Source: Candidatus Woesearchaeota archaeon (GTDB lineage Archaea > Nanobdellota > Nanobdellia > Pacearchaeales > GW2011-AR1). Taken from it: 45,971 nt of DNA. Position 1 is the first letter of the stretch; every line of letters starts with the position of its first letter. The notes below the pieces were generated by a model that saw nothing but the letters and a program-made list of their open reading frames with translations, searched no databases and had not been told where the DNA came from. Of the stretch, positions 1 through 8,124 are shown piece by piece. Position numbers and translations under genes: made by a program. The DNA lies in NCBI GenBank assembly GCA_964555925.1, contig CAZKUJ010000001.1, positions 1 to 45,971 of the forward strand, written 5' to 3'.

Positions 1-213
1 TTTAGAAAAAATAAGGGTATTTCCAAGAGAATTTCGTCCTGCAAAAGCAAGATCCTGGAGAGGGATATCTCTAGAGATTTGGGTAAGACATATAACTAAT
101 ATGACCAATTGAAGAATAAATTTTTTGTTTTATTGATAATTTAATCGACTTCGTGCAACACATCTTATAAGAACTTTTTACGAATAAATTAGTAAAAATT
201 TACTGGATAGAAA

Positions 214-882
214 TTATATTCTCTCACACCATTCACACGTTTTAGTTGGACAGTCTTCATTTAATAATTTAAGTGCTTTATTGAATATATTCTCCGCGTT
301 TTTAACATTAACATCCATCTTCTTCAATGTCGTATCAAAGATTACTTCGCCTGTTGGCAAAACCTCTTTGGGAACATAAAAAAGAAGAAACGCGAAATCT
401 TCTGTTTGGTAGCCATTCTTCCTTAGAAGAAAATTATAGAAGTCTAATTGATTCTGATAATGCTCGTGAGTATCTTCCTTGCATGGAAATCCTCTTGTCT
501 TGTAATCAAGAACAATTATCTTCTTTTCTTTAATTAACAAATTATCAACTGCCCCGTGCAAAATATTTCCTTCTTTATCTGTCCAGGTTATTCCTTTGAA
601 ATTATTTCTCCATACCTTAAGCAATTCAGGGTCATCAAACAATTTCATGTTCTTGCAATCTCTATGATTGCATAGTTCTGGTGGAAGTTGTCCTTTATCT
701 CTGAATTTATCAAAATGAATCTTTAGAATTCCATCCATGCCAGAAGGAAGTGAAGGGAAAATAGATGCCGGACGCTTCCAAACTCTGTGCTTTTCTAACC
801 AAAAACACCTTGGGCAATCTTTCATTAAAGAAAGTGATGAAGGAGATAGCCTGAATGTTTGAATATTGTTTTTATTAGACAT
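214..882 (-). CDS. PD-(D/E)XK nuclease, Cas4/RecB-like, with 4-Cys Fe-S type signature
   Basis: 222-aa ORF. N-terminal CPRC, motif II Asp (GAVDNLL), motif III VLDYKT (D-x-K), QxxxY (QNQLDFY) and C-terminal CPTKTCEWC. This is the layout of Cas4/AddB-type nucleases. Confidence 0.6.
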   Translation of the reverse strand: MSNKNNIQTFRLSPSSLSLMKDCPRCFWLEKHRVWKRPASIFPSLPSGMDGILKIHFDKFRDKGQLPPELCNHRDCKNMKLFDDPELLKVWRNNFKGITWTDKEGNILHGAVDNLLIKEKKIIVLDYKTRGFPCKEDTHEHYQNQLDFYNFLLRKNGYQTEDFAFLLFYVPKEVLPTGEVIFDTTLKKMDVNVKNAENIFNKALKLLNEDCPTKTCEWCERI

Positions 883-954
883 TTTTATAAAAATTTAAAG
901 AAAAAGGATTATAAAAAAGTTTGTTGGGGGCTTGTTTTATACTTTATTCTAGTT

Positions 955-1818
955 TTAAGTTAATTTTGGCCCTTTTTCCGGTGCGCAGCATTGCCAGGTT
1001 TGGAATTTATGGTAGGCATTTGCGCATTCATTATACTTTTTTGGTGATTCCAAACATCTAACGGTTTCTTCGTTGACGACGTCTCTTTCACATTTAGATC
1101 TATCATAACCTATTCTTAATTCTCCAAGAGTTTTTGATAAATCTAAAAAATTCTCATCAGAAGGAGGATTTTTCTCTTTAACTTCAAATTTTTCAGAAAA
1201 AACTTCTTTTTTTATCTCGAGCAAGAGGTTCTCTAAATAATCCTGCCTTGGCCTTGTTTCTGGTGTGCGTAATTCTGGAATTTCTGACACGTAGTTTGAT
1301 GCCAAGGAGGGTCTTTTTTCAGGCATGCTTGCCAAGCGATATGGATTACTAAGAATTTCTTTATATAAATCCAGGAATTTTTTGAATTTTTCCTGATCAA
1401 AATCTTCAAAATCATAAGTCATTTTTATAGCCCTTAAACCCAATTCATATAAAACTGCTTCAAGCCAATTAAAATCCATTTCTTGTAATTGCTTAATTGT
1501 TTTTTTATTTCCTTTAAGAAGTCCTAAAATTCCATAATCAACTCTAAAACCACTATTTTCTGATCTTTTAAAATCTCCTGCTTGTCTCCGGTATTCTTCA
1601 TATTTTTCATCAATTCTTTCTAATGGAAAGAATTTGGTCTCTCCTGGAAGAAAAAATTCTCCTTTATGCTCTTTTCTTTTCCCGTAATAGATCCATTCTT
1701 TTTTTTCTATTATTTCTTCAAGTTTTTTCTTGTTTATTTCTTCTTTACCTTCTAGTAGGGTATTTGGACTATCCTCAAAATCTTTGTTTAAAAGGTCTTG
1801 CAAATATATTTTTTCCAT
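955..1818 (-). CDS. hypothetical protein, charged/helical with Cys-rich C-terminus
   Basis: 287-aa ORF filling the gap between neighbours. No recognisable motif. C-terminal cysteines (KCER...RCLE...NEC...WQCC). Confidence 0.45.
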   Translation of the reverse strand: MEKIYLQDLLNKDFEDSPNTLLEGKEEINKKKLEEIIEKKEWIYYGKRKEHKGEFFLPGETKFFPLERIDEKYEEYRRQAGDFKRSENSGFRVDYGILGLLKGNKKTIKQLQEMDFNWLEAVLYELGLRAIKMTYDFEDFDQEKFKKFLDLYKEILSNPYRLASMPEKRPSLASNYVSEIPELRTPETRPRQDYLENLLLEIKKEVFSEKFEVKEKNPPSDENFLDLSKTLGELRIGYDRSKCERDVVNEETVRCLESPKKYNECANAYHKFQTWQCCAPEKGPKLT

Positions 1819-1901
1819 TTGATTCTTTTTTGGATAATAGTGGCCTTATTTAAATATTTCGTCTCGTAACTACAAAATAGTAATGAAACTATTCTGTTAA
1901 T

Positions 1902-2636
1902 TTAAAAAAGCAACACAATAAGTAATGCTAAAATTGCCATGTTTGCAAAATCTGTTACAGAAGTAGTTAGGGGAATTAAAAAATTGCTAGGGTCTTCTTT
2001 TTTCCGATATATGTAAATTCCCGCACGTATTGCTACAAAAAATAGAACATTTGTAATAACAACCATATCAATAAGCACAATGAAAAAAACTTTTATTGCT
2101 AATTGAAGTGAGATGCCCTCTGAAGAAAAAGAGGTAATTCCAATAGCAATTAAAGAACTTCCAATTGCACATAAAACAGCGAGTACTGTTACCTGAATAA
2201 ATAATTTTTTTACTTCTGAATTTTTCCATAATTTTCCTTTTATCTTGCCTTCATAAAGCATTGTTGAGAATCTTGAAGAAATTATTGTTCCGTAATTTCC
2301 TATCACATTATTTAGAGACGGGAGTAAAATAAGCAGGGGTATTATTGAAAGAAAAGAATTTCTTACTTGTTCTAAAGCAAGTCCTCCAAGAGAACTTATA
2401 ACAGAAGCAAGAATGAGAATTTTTATGCTTTCTTTTATTATTGTTTTTGAAACATTTGAATTTTTTCCATATTCTTTAATATAAAAAAGTGTTTGTTTTG
2501 AAATCTTATGTTCTTTGTGAACTTTGCGTAGTTCTGGATGAAATTTTTTTCTTTTTAAAGAGACAATTTTCAATAAGTGTTTGGGTGCGCGACTAAGGGC
2601 TTTTTTTAAATTATGGTGATTTGTTTTTTCTTTCAT
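1902..2636 (-). CDS. MgtE/SLC41-type divalent cation transporter, membrane domain only, with basic N-terminal extension
   Basis: 244 aa. LLPSLNNVIGNYGTIISSRFST and C-terminal EDPSNFLIPLTTSVTDFANMAIL match the MgtE TM-domain signatures (D-P-x-x-x-x-P-x-x-T-x-x-x-D). Confidence 0.65.
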   Translation of the reverse strand: MKEKTNHHNLKKALSRAPKHLLKIVSLKRKKFHPELRKVHKEHKISKQTLFYIKEYGKNSNVSKTIIKESIKILILASVISSLGGLALEQVRNSFLSIIPLLILLPSLNNVIGNYGTIISSRFSTMLYEGKIKGKLWKNSEVKKLFIQVTVLAVLCAIGSSLIAIGITSFSSEGISLQLAIKVFFIVLIDMVVITNVLFFVAIRAGIYIYRKKEDPSNFLIPLTTSVTDFANMAILALLIVLLF

Positions 2637-2641
2637 TTTAA

Positions 2642-3202
2642 TTATATCAATAAAAAGACGACCAGGAGGAGGGAAACAATGCTTGTTACATCTCCTACTG
2701 TCATTATGAACGGGCCAATTATGTTGTTTGGATCATGTCCTTTCTTGAAGATGTATATTGTAGCAAAAAGAGTAAGGGGTGTTAAGATAAAGTTTGATAA
2801 TATTCCTGCTAAAAAAGGTATTAAAATTATTAGTGGAGTCAGACTACCCATAATAAAGTAATTGAATAAAAAAGCTATTAATCCCAGAACTAAAGATACA
2901 ATTATTCCCAACATGAATGAGCCGCGGATATTTCCTTTAATTAATTGACTATGGGTTTCTTTGGGATTTATTACTCTAAGGAAAAGTCCTGAACTTATTC
3001 GTGAAGCAAATGTTCCACTTATGCTTCCCCTCATGGCCATAAAACCAGGAAGAATTATTAACATTCCGGGTATGAGAAAAATTTTGTCTGTATAAACAGC
3101 AAGAACAATTCCTGCGATTAGGCCGCCAATAATCGCGAAAAATTGAGCAGAAAGTATTTCCTTGAAACCTTTGTCAAATAATTTACTAGTTTTTTCTTCC
3201 AT
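2642..3202 (-). CDS. MgtE/SLC41-type divalent cation transporter, membrane domain only
   Basis: 186 aa. PGFMAMRGSISGTFASRISSGL and HDPNNIIGPFIMTVGDVTSIVSL. Paralog of the adjacent gene, 5-nt spacing. Confidence 0.7.
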   Translation of the reverse strand: MEEKTSKLFDKGFKEILSAQFFAIIGGLIAGIVLAVYTDKIFLIPGMLIILPGFMAMRGSISGTFASRISSGLFLRVINPKETHSQLIKGNIRGSFMLGIIVSLVLGLIAFLFNYFIMGSLTPLIILIPFLAGILSNFILTPLTLFATIYIFKKGHDPNNIIGPFIMTVGDVTSIVSLLLVVFLLI

Positions 3203-3284
3203 CTTGCCTCTTTATTCTTTTTTAATAGGAATTTTTCTTATAAAAAGCTGTCGGGCAATCAAAAAGCTTTTTTTAAGCTTGTTC

Positions 3285-3920
3285 CTAATTCGGTTTTGCT
3301 CCCCTGCATAATTTATTTTTTACTTTATCAAAAATTTCTTGTGAAAGAATGCTCTCGTGCTCTCCTTGAGATTCCTCCTTGGCAAATTTTACTTTGCCAA
3401 GATATGTTGTATTCTGTAGTAATTTTTTTATGCCTGAAGTAGTCATATTATAATTTTTTGCTAGTCTTGTTAAGGATATCTTCTCATTTAAGAAAAGGTC
3501 ATAGATTTTTTTGACTTCTTCTGCTTCTTCTTCATCAATTACTAATTTTTTATTTATCAGTTTGTAACCTTTTGGTGCTTTTGTGATATGTCTGCCTGTT
3601 TTAAAAGCATTATTCATACCTGTTTTTGTTTTTTTAGAGATAGAGTAATCTGATTTTCTGAAAGTTTCTAAGAGTTTACTATCTATTTTCTCTGAAAGGT
3701 ATTTTTTAAACTCCTTTTCTGTATCTGGAGCATGTTTATGACATATAGAACAGAGAGTTGAAAGATTGGTAAGTTCATTCAATCCGTTAAAAACTTTAGG
3801 ATTAATATGATGAATTTCTAATTCTTCACCACTTGTATCTTTAAATCCACATTTTTTACAGTTAAATTTGTCTCTTTCCAAGACCTCCTTAACTAATTTT
3901 AATGGAAGATTAATTTTCAT
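3285..3920 (-). CDS. HNH endonuclease domain fused to a serine-recombinase-type 'recombinase' DNA-binding domain (no catalytic Ser domain)
   Basis: 211 aa. N-terminal CKKCG...EIHHINP...N..TLCSICHKH (HNH with CxxC pairs). Then TKAPKGYKL-x-VIDEEEAEEVKKIYDLF...SLTRLAKNYN...GIKKLLQNTTYLGKV, parallel to the recombinase domain of the upstream ORF. Overlaps that ORF by 11 nt. Confidence 0.65.
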   Translation of the reverse strand: MKINLPLKLVKEVLERDKFNCKKCGFKDTSGEELEIHHINPKVFNGLNELTNLSTLCSICHKHAPDTEKEFKKYLSEKIDSKLLETFRKSDYSISKKTKTGMNNAFKTGRHITKAPKGYKLINKKLVIDEEEAEEVKKIYDLFLNEKISLTRLAKNYNMTTSGIKKLLQNTTYLGKVKFAKEESQGEHESILSQEIFDKVKNKLCRGAKPN

Positions 3921-4677
3921 TTTGCCCTACCTGCATAGATTTATTAAAGATTTCTTCGTCTATCAAAGCAGGATGTTTTCCTGGATATAAATTTCCCTTA
4001 TATTTTATTTTACCTGTATAGGTGGGATTCCTTATTATTTGGTATAACGTTGATGAAGGGATATTAAATTTTTGACATATTTCTTTATAATTAATTCCAG
4101 CATTCCACATTTCAAAAATCTCTTTTACTTTTTCTGCATTTTCTGGATGTTTGACTAACTTTTTATCTTGGTATATATAACCAAAAGGGGCCCTATAAAG
4201 AACTTCCCCTAACTTTATCTTTCTCTCAAAAGACAATTGCACTCTTTCTTTTACCATTCCTCTTTCTAATTGTGCAAAGACTCCAATTATCTGAAAGAAG
4301 GCTTCCCCCATAGCAGAAGTTGTATCTATTTGTTCTGTAACAGAAGTAAAATTGATGTTCTTTGTTTTCAAATCTTCTAAAATAGTTATTAAATCTTTGA
4401 GTTTTCTAGAAAATCTATCAATTTTGTAAACTAAAATAATATCAAACTTTTTTTCTTGTGCATCTTTTAATAGGAGTTCTAAAGCAGGCCGATTTAAGCT
4501 TCCTGCAGAAAATCCTGCATCTTTGTAAATCTTAAATATTTCCCATTCTCTTGCATCACAGAAGCTTTTACATTTATCTATCTGAGCTTCAACACTTAAA
4601 CCTTCTTTTGCCTGTTCTTCTGTTGAAACTCTGGAATAAATAGCTACTTTGGGTTTTGATGTTTTTTTTGAATTCAT
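3910..4677 (-). CDS. serine recombinase (resolvase catalytic domain + recombinase domain, short form)
   Basis: 255 aa. VAIYSRVSTEEQ catalytic Ser motif, YKDAGFSAGSLNRP, VYKIDRFSR, FAQLERGMVKERV (E-helix). Then APFGYIY...AEKVKEIFEMW...STLYQIIRNPTYTGK recombinase domain. Confidence 0.85.
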   Translation of the reverse strand: MNSKKTSKPKVAIYSRVSTEEQAKEGLSVEAQIDKCKSFCDAREWEIFKIYKDAGFSAGSLNRPALELLLKDAQEKKFDIILVYKIDRFSRKLKDLITILEDLKTKNINFTSVTEQIDTTSAMGEAFFQIIGVFAQLERGMVKERVQLSFERKIKLGEVLYRAPFGYIYQDKKLVKHPENAEKVKEIFEMWNAGINYKEICQKFNIPSSTLYQIIRNPTYTGKIKYKGNLYPGKHPALIDEEIFNKSMQVGQNEN

Positions 4678-5074
4678 TTTCTCTTTTTATCCGTAAACTT
4701 AGGGTCTTCTTTTCTTGTAAGGGTTCCCTTCCTGCTATGAATTTATAACCTTATTGGAAAGAAACTATATAAATATTGTGATTTTTAATTGAAAAAACGC
4801 CGAGAATACATTTTGTGCAAAGCTTTAAGGGGTTTTTAGCTGTTTTTGTGGTTTTCGATAGATTCCCCTGCTCTGGACTGTTCATTCTAACCCTAGAGGA
4901 TGAACATCCTCATAATTTTCTAAACTTTTATTTGCACTTAGGTGAGCTTTGTTAATGGTTAAAATAAAGGAGTGTATCAAAAAAATTTTGGTTGAAGAAA
5001 GAGTATAGAAAAAAACTAAAAATAAAAAATAAAAAAGTGTCTGCTATGGCTTGGTTGAAGGAATTAATTTAAAT

Positions 5075-5248
5075 TTATTTCCTTTTTTTGCTGTAATTAT
5101 AATTTCTTATCAGCTTGCCTATACCTATGACCAAGACGCCAATTGCAATCAACCAGTCTGATGTGGCGCTGCCAAGGTCAATGCCAATCAAAGGTAATAC
5201 TAACAAAACACCAAGAATTGTTACCACCCACGCAGTTAATTTTGCCAT
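5075..5248 (-). CDS. small two-helix membrane protein (57 aa), not in the ORF track
   Basis: ATG at 5248 preceded by GGAGGTG 5 nt upstream. Translates MAKLTAWVVTILGVLLVLPLIGIDLGSATSDWLIAIGVLVIGIGKLIRNYNYSKKRK. Locally higher G+C than surroundings. Confidence 0.45.
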   Translation of the reverse strand: MAKLTAWVVTILGVLLVLPLIGIDLGSATSDWLIAIGVLVIGIGKLIRNYNYSKKRK

Positions 5249-5660
5249 GTGACACCTCCTTCTTTTTATTAAGAAATTTAATGATTATAAATCTTTCTCT
5301 GTCAAAAATTAGTTAAAAATTGTTTAAAATTGCTTGCTAAAATTTTTATTAATCAATTTTTTACGCGGGATTGTGCACTAAGGTGGTCTTTATGAACAGC
5401 AAATAAACTAGGGCCTTGAAGCAAGGAAAAAGGCCTGCCAGAAATTTAACCGAGAAGGAACGCAAATCGCACCTTATTTCTTGATTGGTTGGCTAGGCTG
5501 TTTGGGTGTTTGGGGGTGTTTAAACAGGCTGTTTGGGTGTATTTTTTGGTGCTTTTTCCAATAGAAGTGCTGGGGCTTCGACACATTTTTTAGATATTGA
5601 GTAAAAATTTTTAGAGATTTTTTTAGGAATTGATGTCTCTTTGGCGTCGAAAAAGAAAAG

Positions 5661-5671
5661 ATTTTTAAATG
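5661..5671 (+). promoter_or_regulatory. TATA box (ATTTTTAAATG) about 25 nt upstream of ATG 5691
   Basis: Same spacing as several other genes in the window; implies a leaderless or near-leaderless mRNA. Confidence 0.45.
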
Positions 5672-5690
5672 CAAGTGTGTAAATAATTAT

Positions 5691-6305
5691 ATGTTTGGTC
5701 TTTTTTTTAGAAAAAAAGAGGTAGAAAATTTAAAAGAAGATACAAAAAGGGGTTTTGAGTCTGTAAAAAAAGACATTGTCTCGCTTAGCGCGTGGATCAA
5801 ACACCTTGATTCTGAAAAAAATTTGCAAAAAAAAGAGATTGAAGAGTTAAAAAGTTTTTTATCGTCGATGAATGGGGAATTGGAGGGATTAAAAAATGTT
5901 ATCTCTATTATGAACCAACTAAAACCAGGCAAGCAAAATCAAACAACCAAACAGGTGTTTGATAAACAAACAGGTGTTTATGCTGTTCAAACAGGTGTTC
6001 AAACAGGTGTTCAAACACCAAATTTTGACCAATTTTCAGTAACTGAACGGGCTATTGTTTGGGTCTTATTAAATTCAGACATGCGATTGAGCTATGATGA
6101 TATTGCCTCAATTTTGGGGAAAGAGAGATCTACTATTAGGGGGCATTTAAACAGGATAAAACAGAAGAGTAATGGTTTAATTGAAGAAATAATTGAAAAA
6201 AATGGGAAAAAAAGGGTTTTTGTGTCTGAAAATATGCGGGAAAAGCTACTCAAAAAGTCAAAAGTGAGAGTTAGAAGTAAGAAACCCCAAGAGGATTCTG
6301 CTTAA
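5691..6305 (+). CDS. coiled-coil / Q-T-rich linker / C-terminal winged-HTH DNA-binding protein
   Basis: 204 aa. N-terminal heptad-like region, tandem QTGV repeats, C-terminal FSVTERAIVWVLL...SYDDIASILGKERSTIRGHLNRIKQK. Paralog of 6464..7207. Confidence 0.6.
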   Translation: MFGLFFRKKEVENLKEDTKRGFESVKKDIVSLSAWIKHLDSEKNLQKKEIEELKSFLSSMNGELEGLKNVISIMNQLKPGKQNQTTKQVFDKQTGVYAVQTGVQTGVQTPNFDQFSVTERAIVWVLLNSDMRLSYDDIASILGKERSTIRGHLNRIKQKSNGLIEEIIEKNGKKRVFVSENMREKLLKKSKVRVRSKKPQEDSA

Positions 6306-6463
6306 TTCTTAAAGATATCTCAAAAAATGAGGGTTTTGAAATAGTTAGAACCTAAAAAATAAAGGGATAGGGGCTTTAGGAGCCAAAATTTATGCAAAAA
6401 AGGAAAAAAGGGATGTTAATTAATAGTTATTCGTTGAAACGAGGAAGTCTAGAGTTGTTTTGT

Positions 6464-7207
6464 TTATATATCTCTTAACTGCAAAATTGTTTGAAGCGTG
6501 GCTATTTTTTTAAGATTTGCAGATACTGAGAGGTGGATTGTTTTATTGTTTATTTTCTTTTTCTCGACGGGAATTCCTTTTTTTATTAGCCTGCCCACAT
6601 AATCCCTTATTGAGCTCTCTGAAAGGCCTAATCTTTGGGCAAGAGTCCTATACTCTGTATGGCCTTGCTCTTCGTCAAGCTGATAGAGTGCAGAAAAGAC
6701 CAGAATCTCTTGATCTGTAAGTCTTTTGAATTTTAACCTTATTTCCTTTTTTATATTATCTAAAGATTCTAGTATCATTGCGGCATTATCAATGACATTC
6801 TCTTTGGTCTTTTCTTGAAGAGGGAATAAAAAAGGGGTTGTTTCGCCTTGATTTATGTGTTGGGTGTCTGTTTGTCTGTTTGTCTGTTTGTCTGTTGGAA
6901 CCCCTACATTTCCTATGGAAAGGGGGTTATCTTGGTCTTTTGGCGGCTTAAAAGGGGGTTTTTCTATATCCCTTTTCTTATGTGTCTGAATTTTGTGTTG
7001 GATTGCTGATGTTTGGGTCGGGGTGTGTTGGACTATGTTGGTGGTTGTTTTTTCTGAAATCTTTGTATTAACATCTGATAAAATCTGTAAAATTTTAGAC
7101 ATTTCTTCGTGTGTTTTGTTTAGATTCTGCTTAAGTAAAAAGATCTCCTTATAAAGAGCCCCCACGTCGGCTCTAACTTTCTCAAATGCTTCTTTTACTT
7201 TATCCAT
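6464..7207 (-). CDS. coiled-coil / Q-T-rich linker / C-terminal winged-HTH DNA-binding protein (paralog)
   Basis: 247 aa. EKVRADVGALYKEIFLL aligns with ESVKKDIVSLSAWIKHL of the 5691 gene. C-terminal LTDQEILVFSALY...YRTLAQRLGLSESSIRDYVGRLIKKG aligns with its HTH. Confidence 0.6.
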   Translation of the reverse strand: MDKVKEAFEKVRADVGALYKEIFLLKQNLNKTHEEMSKILQILSDVNTKISEKTTTNIVQHTPTQTSAIQHKIQTHKKRDIEKPPFKPPKDQDNPLSIGNVGVPTDKQTNRQTDTQHINQGETTPFLFPLQEKTKENVIDNAAMILESLDNIKKEIRLKFKRLTDQEILVFSALYQLDEEQGHTEYRTLAQRLGLSESSIRDYVGRLIKKGIPVEKKKINNKTIHLSVSANLKKIATLQTILQLRDI

Positions 7208-7296
7208 GATTATTTTATAAGGATTTAATATAAAAACTTTCAGATAGTGAAAGGTATATAACTTACTGTTATAGAACCGGGTTTAGGGCATTTTGC

Positions 7297-7572
7297 TCAG
7301 AGCGCGGTGGCTGCTTCCTTATATGCCTTGTAAGCATTATCGCCCAATCTCCATCTAGATCTTTTTTTATAGGTTTTTCCAGAAGAATTTTTCTTTATTT
7401 CTGCCAAAAGATTTTTCTTTTTTAGGTCAAACAAGAGCTTTTTGGTAAATTCCTCATCTCTAGCAATCTCTTTAGCAATATGGGCTGTGAATAGGGGCCT
7501 GGGGGTAGTTGAGTAAAGAACGGCTAATATCTGTTCTGATATCTTTTTCTTTTTTTCTTCAGAAATTCGCAT
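7297..7572 (-). CDS. small winged-helix DNA-binding protein
   Basis: 91 aa. ISEQILAVLYSTTPRPLFTAHIAKEIARDEEFTKKLLFDLKKKNLL...wing (GKTYKKRSRWRL), typical small archaeal wHTH layout. Confidence 0.5.
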   Translation of the reverse strand: MRISEEKKKKISEQILAVLYSTTPRPLFTAHIAKEIARDEEFTKKLLFDLKKKNLLAEIKKNSSGKTYKKRSRWRLGDNAYKAYKEAATAL

Positions 7573-7609
7573 AAAAAGAATTCGCGAGGGGTTTTTAATT
7601 ACTTTTCTC

Positions 7610-8035
7610 TTATTTTTCTTTTTCTTCTTTTCTAAAAGAAGGCATTGGCATATGAAGGGGCAGGTTTAATTCCTCTTCTAGATGTAGTGCTTTTAGTGTT
7701 GATTTTTTTAAGACAATATTGAATAAGAGGAGCCTAAAATCTTCTGGCATATTCTTTTTTTTCCACTGCTTAAGAATTTCTTTGATTGCTTTTGAATCTG
7801 CTGAGAAAAGGATTTTTCCTTCAAGAAGAATTTTTGCTACTTCTGGTTCATAGGCTACTTTATACGCGAAAGTCACCCCTATAAGCTCGTCTTTTGTTTT
7901 TAAGATATGGGATTTAATCTCGTTTATCTCGGCTATGTCTATTTTAGTATTGATGCTTAGTTTACCTACGACTTCAGAGGGCTCTTTATTTTTCTCTATA
8001 CTTATCTTAGTAAAATTAAAACCAATAACTCTCAT
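7610..8035 (-). CDS. hypothetical protein (weak SecB-like pattern)
   Basis: 141-aa ORF with good coding appearance. No strong motif. Beta-rich N-terminal half, C-terminal LLLFNIVLKKSTLKALHLEEELNLPLHMPMPSF. Confidence 0.45.
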   Translation of the reverse strand: MRVIGFNFTKISIEKNKEPSEVVGKLSINTKIDIAEINEIKSHILKTKDELIGVTFAYKVAYEPEVAKILLEGKILFSADSKAIKEILKQWKKKNMPEDFRLLLFNIVLKKSTLKALHLEEELNLPLHMPMPSFRKEEKEK

Positions 8036-8124
8036 AGAGAAAAGAATTTGAGGGTATTTTTAAAGGTTTTGATAAATTTTAATGCATCTCGTTCTAAGGT
8101 GTTCGTGAATGCAGAAAAAGTAAT

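Noticed and set aside
1-99. Possible 3' end of a plus-strand gene running into the window (frame 1, ...GKTYN stop at 97-99).
   Set aside because: Only 32 codons are visible, with no motif, and it cannot be distinguished from chance. No feature reported.
5474-5932. ORFs 5474..5674(-) and 5687..5932(-).
   Set aside because: 5687..5932 is antisense to the motif-bearing 5691..6305 gene. 5474..5674 covers the promoter and direct-repeat region of that gene and has no plausible start context. At most it is a decayed remnant of a Q/T/P-rich linker (noted in the findings).
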